From positions 576,001 through 640,000 of the forward strand of contig OY762721.1 of assembly GCA_963666345.1 (NCBI GenBank): a stretch of 64,000 nt of DNA. Reading direction: 5' to 3'. The notes beneath the pieces are model-generated. The model was not told where the DNA came from. It was given only the letters and a program-made list of their open reading frames with translations, and did no database searches. Both the position numbers and the translations under genes were made by a program. Of the stretch, positions 17,670-27,254 are shown piece by piece; positions within the stretch are counted from its first letter, which is position 1; each line of letters begins with the position of its first letter. The DNA is from Desulfatiglandales bacterium (GTDB lineage Bacteria; Desulfobacterota; DSM-4660; Desulfatiglandales; Desulfatiglandaceae).

Positions 17670-19139
17670 TCAGGCGTAGTCCGGCTCCAGCCTGTTTTGA
17701 AGTGAATATCGCTCAAAAAACTCTATAAGCTCCTGCTTGATAAGATCCGCCTTTTCAAGCGCGTTCAGGTATTCATCCTTTAACAGGGTAATTTTATCCA
17801 TATTCTTCAGGAACTCCTCGCGGAACGCGTCCTTTTTTTCCATACCCCTTTCGTATTCATCCCTGAGAGAATTCAAACCGTCTTTCAATGCAATCAGGTA
17901 CTCCTCTTTAAGGGTGACGAGTCTCTCAACTGCCTTTTCATATTCACCACGCAGGCTGCACACGCTGTTTTCCCTGGCGCAGAGATATTGCTCCTTGAGT
18001 TCCTTAAGCAGCTCCTTTACCGATATTATCTTATCGACCCTGTAGGCATTGCTTCCTGCAAAGGCGAAGCCTTTATCCAGCACCCCCTTTCTGGCATTAT
18101 CGAGCGCAAGTGAAATACAGTAGGGAGCGGTCTTTATGTCGCAGCTCTTGAGACACCGCCACGCGCACTTGTGGGATTGTCTTTTGCCGGAGGCCACATC
18201 CCTCAAAAAATCGTTCTCTATGGCCCTGCCTGGCATGCCCACAGGACTCTTTATGATCTTTATGTCGCCCTTACTGCATGACACATACGACTCCTTGAAC
18301 CTTATATCCGCATCGCACTCATGGGTTGCAACAAACCTTGTCCCCATCTGAACACCCTTTGCACCCAGCTTTAGGGCGTTGTAGATATCAGCACCGGTAA
18401 AAATGCCCCCCGCGGCGATTACGGGGATTGTCCTGCGCCAATCATCCTCGTATTTCTTTATCTCGGCAACTACCCCTGGAAGGATATTTTCAAGGGCGAA
18501 ATCGGCATCATCGATCTGATCCTCTTTAAAGCCCAGGTGACCTCCCGCCTTGGGCCCTTCCACAACGACCGCGTCCGGGATGTCTGAATATTTTTTCGCC
18601 CAGGATCTGAATATAAGGCCTGCCGCCCTTACGGAACTCACGATAGGCACTACCTTGACACCGGCCGATCTCAGGTCGGCAACAGGAATTCCCTTTATCG
18701 GGAGTCCGGCCCCGAGGAATACCATATCCACCTTTTCTTCTATCGCGACCCTTAAAAGGGAACTGAAATCATTGACCGCCACCATGATGTTGACGCCGAT
18801 AATACCGGAGGTGTTTTCTCTTGCCTTTCTAATCTCCCTTCTGAGGGCGATGGCATTGGCGTCCCTGTTTTTCGCATAATATTCAGGATCAAGCATACCT
18901 ATGGAATTGGCTGCAATAATACCGATCCCTCCTTCATTTGCGACCGCTGAGGCGAGGCCTGAAAGGGATATTCCGACCCCCATTCCACCCTGTATGATCG
19001 GCAGCCTTGACACTGTATCACCGATCCTCAATTTGGGCATTGTGAGCCATCCGATCCTAGAGATATCAAATTTAGGCCATTCTATGTTATTAAAGCATAT
19101 CTTGGGAAGCTGGAACTTGGGAAATTTAATGAAATCCAC
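17670..19139 (-). CDS. Nitronate monooxygenase / FabK-like flavoprotein with coiled-coil C-terminal extension
   Basis: PIIQGGMGVGIS, EGPKAGGHLG, AAGGI, GVQMGTRF, CxxxCLxxC; GTG start with AAGGAG RBS. Confidence 0.88.
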   Translation of the reverse strand: MDFIKFPKFQLPKICFNNIEWPKFDISRIGWLTMPKLRIGDTVSRLPIIQGGMGVGISLSGLASAVANEGGIGIIAANSIGMLDPEYYAKNRDANAIALRREIRKARENTSGIIGVNIMVAVNDFSSLLRVAIEEKVDMVFLGAGLPIKGIPVADLRSAGVKVVPIVSSVRAAGLIFRSWAKKYSDIPDAVVVEGPKAGGHLGFKEDQIDDADFALENILPGVVAEIKKYEDDWRRTIPVIAAGGIFTGADIYNALKLGAKGVQMGTRFVATHECDADIRFKESYVSCSKGDIKIIKSPVGMPGRAIENDFLRDVASGKRQSHKCAWRCLKSCDIKTAPYCISLALDNARKGVLDKGFAFAGSNAYRVDKIISVKELLKELKEQYLCARENSVCSLRGEYEKAVERLVTLKEEYLIALKDGLNSLRDEYERGMEKKDAFREEFLKNMDKITLLKDEYLNALEKADLIKQELIEFFERYSLQNRLEPDYA

Positions 19140-19559
19140 GCGGATAATTCTCCTTTTTTGAAAATCCTGGCAGAGACCCTCATTTTCTTAAGCCTATAAA
19201 AGTTAGGACAATCAGGGATGGATGTCAAGGAATTACAAAGGAATGGGACATTGACGCAGGATGTAATTACTTGAATTTCACCCCCCTGTTATGCTAATTA
19301 TTCTCCTATAAATAAATGCCGCTCAAGGAACCGGGCACGGAGTGAGCCGACTCCAAAATCTCAGTTATTTCTGATTTTGGAGCATTATAGGCATTTATCC
19401 TGCTTCACTCAGAAACAGACATTTTCATGGCCTGTCTTTTAAAACCGGATTTCCTATAATGGAATGAATATTGTTTGCCCTTTATCGTCTATATCACGCT
19501 AAACAGTGTAAAGGTGTTTATCCACCTTTTGAGGCTTTTAAGTAAAAGGAGATTTCCGA

Positions 19560-21242
19560 GTGGGTCTTAAATGGTTTTTTTTCCAGTCTCTCGGCGGCCT
19601 TGGACTCTTTATTTTCGGTATGAAGATAATGTCCGAGGGGTTACAAAGGATCGCAGGGAAAAAGATGCGCCAGATACTTGGCTTTGTATCCAACAATCGT
19701 GTTGTAGGATGCACGGTAGGGGCACTCGTAACAAGTGTCATACAGAGTTCAAGCGCCACCACCGTGATGCTGGTGAGCTTCGTGGATGCAGGCCTCATGT
19801 CGCTGCGTCAGGCCATCGGAGTGATCCTGGGTGCCAACATCGGTACGACTGTCACGGCCCAGCTCATTGCCTTCAATATCACGCGTTATGCATTACCCGC
19901 CATTGCCTTGGGAGTCGCACTAAAGTTTTTCATAGGTCGGAGAAAATGGATCTACATGGGAGACGTGCTCCTGGGATTCGGACTCGTCTTTTTTGGTCTT
20001 GCTACCATGAAAAGCGGGTTCGCTCCTCTGAAAGACCATGAACTTTTCATCTCCTTTTTTACCAATTTCAGTGCCGCCAGCATGCCGGGGATAATAATGT
20101 GTGTGTTTGCCGGGGCGATTCTCACCATGATACTCCAGAGTTCAAGCGCCACGGTCGGAATTACCATGGCACTGGCAAGCCAGGGGCTTATCGATTTCAG
20201 TGCCAGCGTGGCCCTTATCCTGGGAGAAAATATCGGTACTACAATCACCGCCCAACTGGCCGCCCTAGGGGCGAATCTTAACGCCAGGCGCACCGCCAAT
20301 GCCCATACCCTGTTCAATGTATTCGGGGTTTGCCTAATGGTTCTTTTCTTTCCCCTGTTCATCAAACTGGTGATGTTTTCGACATCTTCGCTGCTCCAGA
20401 CAGGCCCCCCGGATCTCATAGTATCAGGAGAAAAGCCCAACATTTTGCGTTACATAGCCAACTCTCACACTCTCTTCAATGTGGTTAACGCCATTTTCTT
20501 TCTTGCAATACTTCCCTTTCTCATACGAGTGACCATCTGGCTTTCACCGAAACCGAAGGGGGAAGACAGGCTGGCAGATCTTCACCATGTCAACTATATC
20601 GACTACAAATTCATCAATACCTCCCCGGTTGCCCTTACTCAGGCAAGGGCTGAAATCGAGCGGATGGCCGAGGTTGTTCTTCTGATGTATGACGATGTGA
20701 TCATGTCGATCAAACAGAGGAGATTCAAGCAGCTCTCCAAGTGGAAAAAGAGGGAGGAGGATATCGACAACCTCCAGAGGGAAATCATAGCCTTTCTCGT
20801 CAAGGTGATGCAGGGCTCAATCACCCCTGATGAGTCAAAAGAGGTTGCCTCGCTCATGAGGATGGCAAACAATCTGGAAAGAACCGGAGACGCCATAGAA
20901 AACATAGCCTACCTGGGTGAGGAACTGATCGGTCAGGACCTCCATTTCTCTGAAGGGGGAAGCAGGGATTTTGATACCATCTCCAATGAAGTACGAAAAT
21001 TTCTCTGCCTCATAAGGGATTCGATTCCAAAAGATTCCGGAGACATATTAGCTATCGGGGACAAATTTGAAAACAATATCGACTTGATGCGCGAGGAGAT
21101 GAAGGGGAATAACATAGTGCGCCTTCAAAGCGCAACCTGCACGGTAGATCCGGGACTGATCTTTGTCGACATGTTAAGTGCCTTTGAAAAAATAGGCGAT
21201 TTCTGCTTCAATGTGGCCCAGGCGATCGCGGGGGTCAAGTGA
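19560..21242 (+). CDS. Na/Pi cotransporter family protein with PhoU-like C-terminus
   Basis: Two QSSSAT repeats, GANIGTT and GENIGTT, soluble C-terminal ERTGD/EKIGD helices. Confidence 0.92.
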   Translation: MGLKWFFFQSLGGLGLFIFGMKIMSEGLQRIAGKKMRQILGFVSNNRVVGCTVGALVTSVIQSSSATTVMLVSFVDAGLMSLRQAIGVILGANIGTTVTAQLIAFNITRYALPAIALGVALKFFIGRRKWIYMGDVLLGFGLVFFGLATMKSGFAPLKDHELFISFFTNFSAASMPGIIMCVFAGAILTMILQSSSATVGITMALASQGLIDFSASVALILGENIGTTITAQLAALGANLNARRTANAHTLFNVFGVCLMVLFFPLFIKLVMFSTSSLLQTGPPDLIVSGEKPNILRYIANSHTLFNVVNAIFFLAILPFLIRVTIWLSPKPKGEDRLADLHHVNYIDYKFINTSPVALTQARAEIERMAEVVLLMYDDVIMSIKQRRFKQLSKWKKREEDIDNLQREIIAFLVKVMQGSITPDESKEVASLMRMANNLERTGDAIENIAYLGEELIGQDLHFSEGGSRDFDTISNEVRKFLCLIRDSIPKDSGDILAIGDKFENNIDLMREEMKGNNIVRLQSATCTVDPGLIFVDMLSAFEKIGDFCFNVAQAIAGVK

Positions 21243-21327
21243 ACAGATTGAAACCTTGAATCCTATGGGATCACAAACACTCAGCAAGAAATGCCCGTTC
21301 TTTTCTGCCTATATTACAGCGCTTCTT

Positions 21328-23994
21328 TTAGTACTTTACATCATAGGTAAACAGGTATTTTTCACCCTTTTCGATCGGTTCAAAGCTCGCCCCTATTCTT
21401 TCCGCCATCCTGATGAGACCCTTGTTGCCGGGAAGAAACCGCGCCCACAGCCTTTTAAGACCCTGTTTTTTCGCCATCTCTATCCCTATATCCACCAGAA
21501 GGGTTGCAACCCCATGCCTCTGCCAGGGATCACCCACAACGACAACCCATTCGGCCTCTTCTCCGTCCGGATTTCCCGTGAACCTGGTCAAACCAACCAT
21601 CAGGGGGCGCTCCCCTGATCGATCAATCGCTACCATTGCAAGATCCCTGTCGTAGTCTATCTGGGTGAACCTTGCCAGCACCTCCGGTCCGAGAGTCTTC
21701 ACATTGGCCAGGAAGCGGTTGCAGATTGTCTCCTCACTCATATTTTCAAACAGCTCAACGAGCATCGGCCCGTCCTCAGGCCTGATAGGCCTGATAAAAA
21801 GCTTCAGGCCCGTTCGTGTTTCAGCCTCCATTTCGTACTGATACGGATAAGAGCTGATTGCCAGATGCATTGGAGCCGGTTTATCATTAGGTTTTATCAC
21901 AACCCTCGCATCTACCGCATAGGCATCATTTTTCGTCATTATAAGAGGGTTTATATCCAGTTCGGCGATTTCGGGCAAATCCGTCACAAGCTGGGAAATC
22001 CTCACCAATATCTCCTCAAGCAGTTCCAGGTTGACTCCCGGCTGCCCCCTGTAGCCCCTGAGCAGTCGGTAGACCTTGGTCTCCTCCATTATCCTTCTTG
22101 CAAGAAGACGGTTGAGCGGCGGAAGACCAATGGCCCTGTCCTTGAGCAGTTCCGTCATTACCCCTCCCATACCGAAGAGGATTACAGGTCCGAAGTCGGG
22201 GTCCTGTTTTGATCCGACTATTACTTCATAACCCTTCTCCTTAATCATCTCCTGAATAGTGACCCCTCCAAAATCGGCATCAGGATCATACGTCTTTACA
22301 GATGCCTCGATTTCTTCAAAGGCATCGATTACCTCGTCGGCGTTACGCAAATCCAGTCTTATGCCGCCTGCATCCGATTTATGGGTTATACTGTTTGAAT
22401 GTACCTTTGCCACCACCGGATAACCCATGTTGTGGGCAAACTGAACCGCCTTAAGGGCCGTTGTAGCAACGATAGTCCTGTTAATGGGTATTCCGTAAGA
22501 GCTGAGAAGAGATTTCGACTCCATCTCGGTCAGAAGCCCCCTTTTCTTTTCAAGTGCCCTTTCAACGATTGTCCTGGCGCCCAGTCTGTCGTAAACGATC
22601 TCTTTTGAAAGCTCTTTGGGAATCTCCTGAAGAAGTTTCAGGTTCCGCTCGTAATTATAGAGATAGTAAAACGCGCGGATGGCCCCTTCCGGCGATGGAT
22701 AGGTGGGTATTCCCTGATCATTAAGATATTTCCGGCCCGGTTCCACTTCAAGCCCCCCCAGAAGGACCGCGAAAACAGCGCAGTCCCTTCCGGCCAGTGT
22801 GCCGGCAAGCTCTCTGGCTATCTTTTCCGAGGGATAGTTTCCAACAGGAGGAGTCATAAAGAGGATGGCATCGAATTCCTCCGCCTTTATGCATATCTCT
22901 CCGACACTCTTAAGCATCTCAATGGTTGCCGAACCTGTAAGATCTATAGGATTTCCATGACTCCAGAACGAGGGCGCCACCTTGTTTATCTTTTCAATTG
23001 TATCAGGCCTCAGAGGTGCCGGTTCCATATCGTATCTTGCAAGGTAGTCGGCGGCCATGACCCCCGGGCCGCCTGCCGTGGTTATTATGGCGAGATTGGG
23101 CCCCATCGGCTTCGGTTGTTTTGCCATGAGCTCAGCACATCCGAAAAGATCTTCCAGGGTCTCGACCCTTACTATGCCCGCCCGCTTGAACGCCGCATCA
23201 TAAACGGCATCAGCTCCCGCAAGAGATCCAGTATGCGACTGCGCCGCCTTTGCGCCGGCATCAGACCTCCCACTCTTGAGAACCACTATCGGTTTTATAC
23301 GGCTCACGGCGCGAGCGGCGCTCAGAAATCCCCTGGGCTCCACGACTCCCTCAATATAAAGCAGAATGCTGCTGACTTTCGGATCAAGCCCCAGGTAATC
23401 TATAAGGTCCCCGAAATTCACATCCAGCATTGAACCTATGCTTATAAAATGGCTGAAGCCGATCTTTTCCTTGGCCGCAAAATCGAGCACGCTTGCGCAG
23501 ACAGCACCGCTCTGAGATATAAAAGCGAGGCTGCCCGAAAGAGGCATGCTATGGACAAAGCTGGCATTCAGGTTGGAGGCCTCGGCCACTACCCCCATGC
23601 AGTTAGGCCCTACCACCCTTATACCGCCTTGATGAGCTATCTCTTTTATCCTTTTCTCGATCAGGGCGCCTTCACGCCCCACCTCTTTTCCACCGGCCGA
23701 GATTATAACCGCACCGCCCACACCACATTGAGCGCATTCCTCCATGATATCCGGGACAGTGGCAATCGGGGTACATATGACCGCCAGATCAACAGGCTCT
23801 TCCAGGGAACTCAGTGTGGGAAAGGTCCTCATGCCTAGGATCTCTCTTTTTTTAGGGTTGATCGGGTACACGCTTCCCTCAAAGACTTTGAGATTCTCTA
23901 TTACCGACCTTCCTATGGCCCCTTCCCTGTCGGTTGCGCCTATAACCGCTACCGATTCCGGTTTCAATATCTTTTCTATGTTATAAAGACTCAT
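21328..23994 (-). CDS. Acyl-CoA ligase (ADP-forming)-like / GNAT protein acetyltransferase fusion (Pat/YfiQ family)
   Basis: SVAVIGA, GPNCMG, SQSGA, SHTGSLAG, HKSDAGG, ELDINPL, C-terminal GNAT (IRPIRPED...QRHGVA). Confidence 0.92.
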   Translation of the reverse strand: MSLYNIEKILKPESVAVIGATDREGAIGRSVIENLKVFEGSVYPINPKKREILGMRTFPTLSSLEEPVDLAVICTPIATVPDIMEECAQCGVGGAVIISAGGKEVGREGALIEKRIKEIAHQGGIRVVGPNCMGVVAEASNLNASFVHSMPLSGSLAFISQSGAVCASVLDFAAKEKIGFSHFISIGSMLDVNFGDLIDYLGLDPKVSSILLYIEGVVEPRGFLSAARAVSRIKPIVVLKSGRSDAGAKAAQSHTGSLAGADAVYDAAFKRAGIVRVETLEDLFGCAELMAKQPKPMGPNLAIITTAGGPGVMAADYLARYDMEPAPLRPDTIEKINKVAPSFWSHGNPIDLTGSATIEMLKSVGEICIKAEEFDAILFMTPPVGNYPSEKIARELAGTLAGRDCAVFAVLLGGLEVEPGRKYLNDQGIPTYPSPEGAIRAFYYLYNYERNLKLLQEIPKELSKEIVYDRLGARTIVERALEKKRGLLTEMESKSLLSSYGIPINRTIVATTALKAVQFAHNMGYPVVAKVHSNSITHKSDAGGIRLDLRNADEVIDAFEEIEASVKTYDPDADFGGVTIQEMIKEKGYEVIVGSKQDPDFGPVILFGMGGVMTELLKDRAIGLPPLNRLLARRIMEETKVYRLLRGYRGQPGVNLELLEEILVRISQLVTDLPEIAELDINPLIMTKNDAYAVDARVVIKPNDKPAPMHLAISSYPYQYEMEAETRTGLKLFIRPIRPEDGPMLVELFENMSEETICNRFLANVKTLGPEVLARFTQIDYDRDLAMVAIDRSGERPLMVGLTRFTGNPDGEEAEWVVVVGDPWQRHGVATLLVDIGIEMAKKQGLKRLWARFLPGNKGLIRMAERIGASFEPIEKGEKYLFTYDVKY

Positions 23995-24135
23995 ATGCAA
24001 TACCTCATATTAAGATGCCAAAAGGGCTCTATCCGGAATTTTTCCGGTTACCTGCTTCTAGAGAACCCCCTATAAACTTAATCAGTTGATTTTCCCATTT
24101 TTTTATTTGGCTCAAGAGACTTTCAACCCAAAGAC

Positions 24136-24627
24136 TCAATCAAGACGGTCAAAAAGCTTCTGCATCTCCTTTTTGAGGCTCTCAGGTACCGCATCAAGCC
24201 TTTCCCTGGACAGCTCAACATACTCACCTGAGGCCCTGGCAAGTATAACTTCATCCTCGGTTGTTATTTCAGCCCCAGCCCTTATTGCATTTCTTTCTTT
24301 TCCATTTCTGAGAAACCCTTTCACCCTTAAAGGACTTCCAATAGGGACAGGCCTGACATACTTGACCTCCATCTTTCTTGTAACAAAAAACACCCTTTTA
24401 AAATATATCACGGCCCACGACATTATTTCATCCAGCAGGGCGGAGATTATTCCGCCGTGGGCCATATTTTCCCATCCCTCGTAATATTTCTTAAGCGTGA
24501 CATCGGAACATATTTCATCGCCGCATCGGTAGAAATGCATGTCAAGACCAATAGGATTGGCCGTACCGCAGGCAAAGCAACCGTAACCTTCAAGTTTTTC
24601 TATCGGTATCCTTTCTTTTTCATGCAT
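24136..24627 (-). CDS. PaaI-family hotdog thioesterase
   Basis: CFACGxxNPxGL, HGGIISALLDE. Confidence 0.88.
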   Translation of the reverse strand: MHEKERIPIEKLEGYGCFACGTANPIGLDMHFYRCGDEICSDVTLKKYYEGWENMAHGGIISALLDEIMSWAVIYFKRVFFVTRKMEVKYVRPVPIGSPLRVKGFLRNGKERNAIRAGAEITTEDEVILARASGEYVELSRERLDAVPESLKKEMQKLFDRLD

Positions 24628-24663
24628 AACCTAATCTCCAATAATATCGGGAATATGCAAAAC

Positions 24664-25557
24664 CTAATTGAAAAATATCGTAAACCAGGTCATTTCATAA
24701 TCCCACTGTCCGAGCACCTCAAAGCCGTATCTTTGCACCAGGGATAACACCTGTCTCGAGTCACTTCGCATGAGACCTGAAAGGATATACGCCCTGTCCT
24801 GCCTGAAGGTCTCATCCTCGATCAGTTTGATTAGGACTTCATAGTGCAGGTTGGCTAACACAAGATCCGACCTTTCAGATCTGAATTCCTCGGCAGATGC
24901 CTCAATAACCTTCACTTTTCTCCCGAGACCGTTTAGTTTTACATTTCTCTTTGCGGTCTTTACGCACAGAGGATTTATATCTACTGCAAGAGCCGTTTCC
25001 GCCCCGAGAAGTGCCGCCGCAATTGCCAAGACACCGGTACCTGTTCCAAAATCGATTACATTTTCGAATCTATTTTCTTTATAAGCCAGGCATACCGCCT
25101 CAAGGCAGTGCTTCGTTGTAGGGTGAAGACCGTTACCGAATACCAGACCCGGGTCGAGAATCAGAGAAATCAGCCCCGCTTCCGTGGCATCATCGACCCA
25201 TGGAGGAGAAATAATGAACCGCCCGAGCCTCAATCTTTCCGGGATAAGGCCCTGCCACTGTTCATAGGAAAAATCATACTTATCCAGGATAACCAGTTCC
25301 GGGTGAATCTGTCTCAGCTTTTGAATTTCTTCATCCGCCGGTCTTGAAAAAAAGAGAAAATTGTCACCCTCTTCAACCCAGTTTCCCATGAAGCTGCCGC
25401 CTAGGATACCCTCGTCCGATTCTCCGACCCGACCCTCCACAAGATAAATATACAGATCGTTGCCGGGTCTTTCGCAATGCTTCAAGGTCCCGGGGTCATC
25501 CTGGCCTTTAATATTCACCTGATCTTGCCGTATCAATTTCATATATTCTTGTACCAT
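24664..25557 (-). CDS. PrmA-like SAM-dependent methyltransferase (start uncertain)
   Basis: LDPGLVFGNGLHPTT, DFGTGTGVLA, LVLANL. Confidence 0.8.
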   Translation of the reverse strand: MVQEYMKLIRQDQVNIKGQDDPGTLKHCERPGNDLYIYLVEGRVGESDEGILGGSFMGNWVEEGDNFLFFSRPADEEIQKLRQIHPELVILDKYDFSYEQWQGLIPERLRLGRFIISPPWVDDATEAGLISLILDPGLVFGNGLHPTTKHCLEAVCLAYKENRFENVIDFGTGTGVLAIAAALLGAETALAVDINPLCVKTAKRNVKLNGLGRKVKVIEASAEEFRSERSDLVLANLHYEVLIKLIEDETFRQDRAYILSGLMRSDSRQVLSLVQRYGFEVLGQWDYEMTWFTIFFN

Positions 25558-25867
25558 TTGAGCCGGACAAAGTCATTGTATCTTGAAATCTCACCTTCCG
25601 GAGGCGAAATCCACCCAAAAACATGCAAGCCTTGTTCACAGTTTCTAATCCGAAACAAGGCCTGGCCCCTCTGCCTCTACACGCCTTTCCGATAAAGGCT
25701 ATCATATCATTGGCCGATATCTCAAAGAAATAGTGTCCGTATCCCGGCCTTCCCAGACCGGCCACCAGCCGCATCCCCGGAAGGTCTCTCCAGAAACGGA
25801 TCGTCATATCCATATCGGCCGTGACCATTGCGGGGTGATTTATACCCGTATATCTTACCATATTCAT
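25508..25867 (-). pseudogene. Degenerate VOC/glyoxalase family gene
   Basis: N-terminus YTGINH.AMVTADMDMTIRFWRDL.GMRLV...YFFEI is VOC-like, with Pro where Leu is expected; the second half has lost the family pattern. Confidence 0.5.
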
Positions 25868-26147
25868 CTCCTTTCATATCCCTTCATATAAGAATAAAAA
25901 AGTTCATTCCCCACCCCTAGACAGGCTCGGAAGGGCCGAAAGCATAAGGCAATGCATTTGTTACTTATTACTGTGTCGCCTAATTTTTAACTTCCCAAGG
26001 ACACATCGATATTAACATACCGAGGCGCTAAATTCCTGGGCCTGAACGGTCCTGATTCTTTCCACCCGGCCGGGCAGACTTTTTGACTTTCAAAATATAA
26101 TGGTTATCAAACAGTAATACCTATAATCCTTAATTTAGGTGCTGATC

Positions 26148-27254
26148 ATGAAAATATTTTACGTTTTTATATCTTTTTCCATTCTTCTTTTATCACTTTT
26201 ATTTTTTCAACCATATGTAACAGGATCGGGAAAAGCCATGGAAAAAACAGATAAAAATCTTGAAAAAGCTACCTTAGCCGGCGGCTGCTTCTGGTGCGTT
26301 GAGTCGGACCTTGAAAAAGTTGAAGGCGTCAAAGAGGTCATATCCGGCTATACGGGAGGAAACAGGGAAAACCCCACATACGAAGAGGTTTCATCAGGAA
26401 CAACCGGCCATATAGAGGCGGTCCAGGTTATCTATGATCCAAAGGTTATCACCTATGAAAAGGTCCTCGATATCTTCTGGAAACATATAGACCCAACCGA
26501 TCCGGGGGGGCAGTTCGTGGACAGGGGCTCTCAATACCGAAGCGCAATATTCTATCACGATGAAGAACAAAAACAGAGAGCGGAAGACTCTAAAAAAGGG
26601 CTTCAAGATTCAGGTATATTTCAAAAACCGATCGCAACCGAGATCCTGCCGCTTCTGGCATTTTACAGGGCCGAGGATTACCACCAGAACTATTATAAGA
26701 AAAATCCGATTCGCTATAAATTTTACCGGTTCAATTCCGGTAGAGATCAGTTTTTGAAAAAAACATGGAAAGGCATTGATTTGCCCAATCAAAGCTCGGC
26801 AAAAAACAGGTATAAAAGACCTGATAAAAAAGAAATCAGGAGAATGCTGAATCCGGTTCAATACGACGTAACCCAGAATGACGGCACTGAACCCCCTTTT
26901 AAAAATGAATACTGGGACAATAAAAAGGAGGGCATATATGTGGACATAGTCAGCGGTGAGCCGCTTTTCAGCTCCCTCGACAAATTTGAGTCAGCCACTG
27001 GATGGCCCAGCTTTACAAGGCCCCTTGATCCCAAAAACACCGTTCAGAAACAGGATAAAAGCCTTTTCATGACACGCACCGAGGTCAGGAGCAGATATGC
27101 TGATTCCCATCTGGGGCATGTATTCAATGACGGACCGCAGCCGACCGGCCTGCGCTACTGTATAAACTCGGCCTCCCTCAGATTCATTGCCCTGGAGGAT
27201 CTTGAAAAGGAAGGATACGGCAGCTATTTGAAGCTATTTGAAAAGGCTCCTTGA
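26148..27254 (+). CDS. msrAB: Peptide methionine sulfoxide reductase MsrA-MsrB fusion with N-terminal signal/anchor
   Basis: [14 protein letters not shown] (MsrA); [21 protein letters not shown] (MsrB); hydrophobic N-terminus. Confidence 0.95.
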   Translation: MKIFYVFISFSILLLSLLFFQPYVTGSGKAMEKTDKNLEKATLAGGCFWCVESDLEKVEGVKEVISGYTGGNRENPTYEEVSSGTTGHIEAVQVIYDPKVITYEKVLDIFWKHIDPTDPGGQFVDRGSQYRSAIFYHDEEQKQRAEDSKKGLQDSGIFQKPIATEILPLLAFYRAEDYHQNYYKKNPIRYKFYRFNSGRDQFLKKTWKGIDLPNQSSAKNRYKRPDKKEIRRMLNPVQYDVTQNDGTEPPFKNEYWDNKKEGIYVDIVSGEPLFSSLDKFESATGWPSFTRPLDPKNTVQKQDKSLFMTRTEVRSRYADSHLGHVFNDGPQPTGLRYCINSASLRFIALEDLEKEGYGSYLKLFEKAP

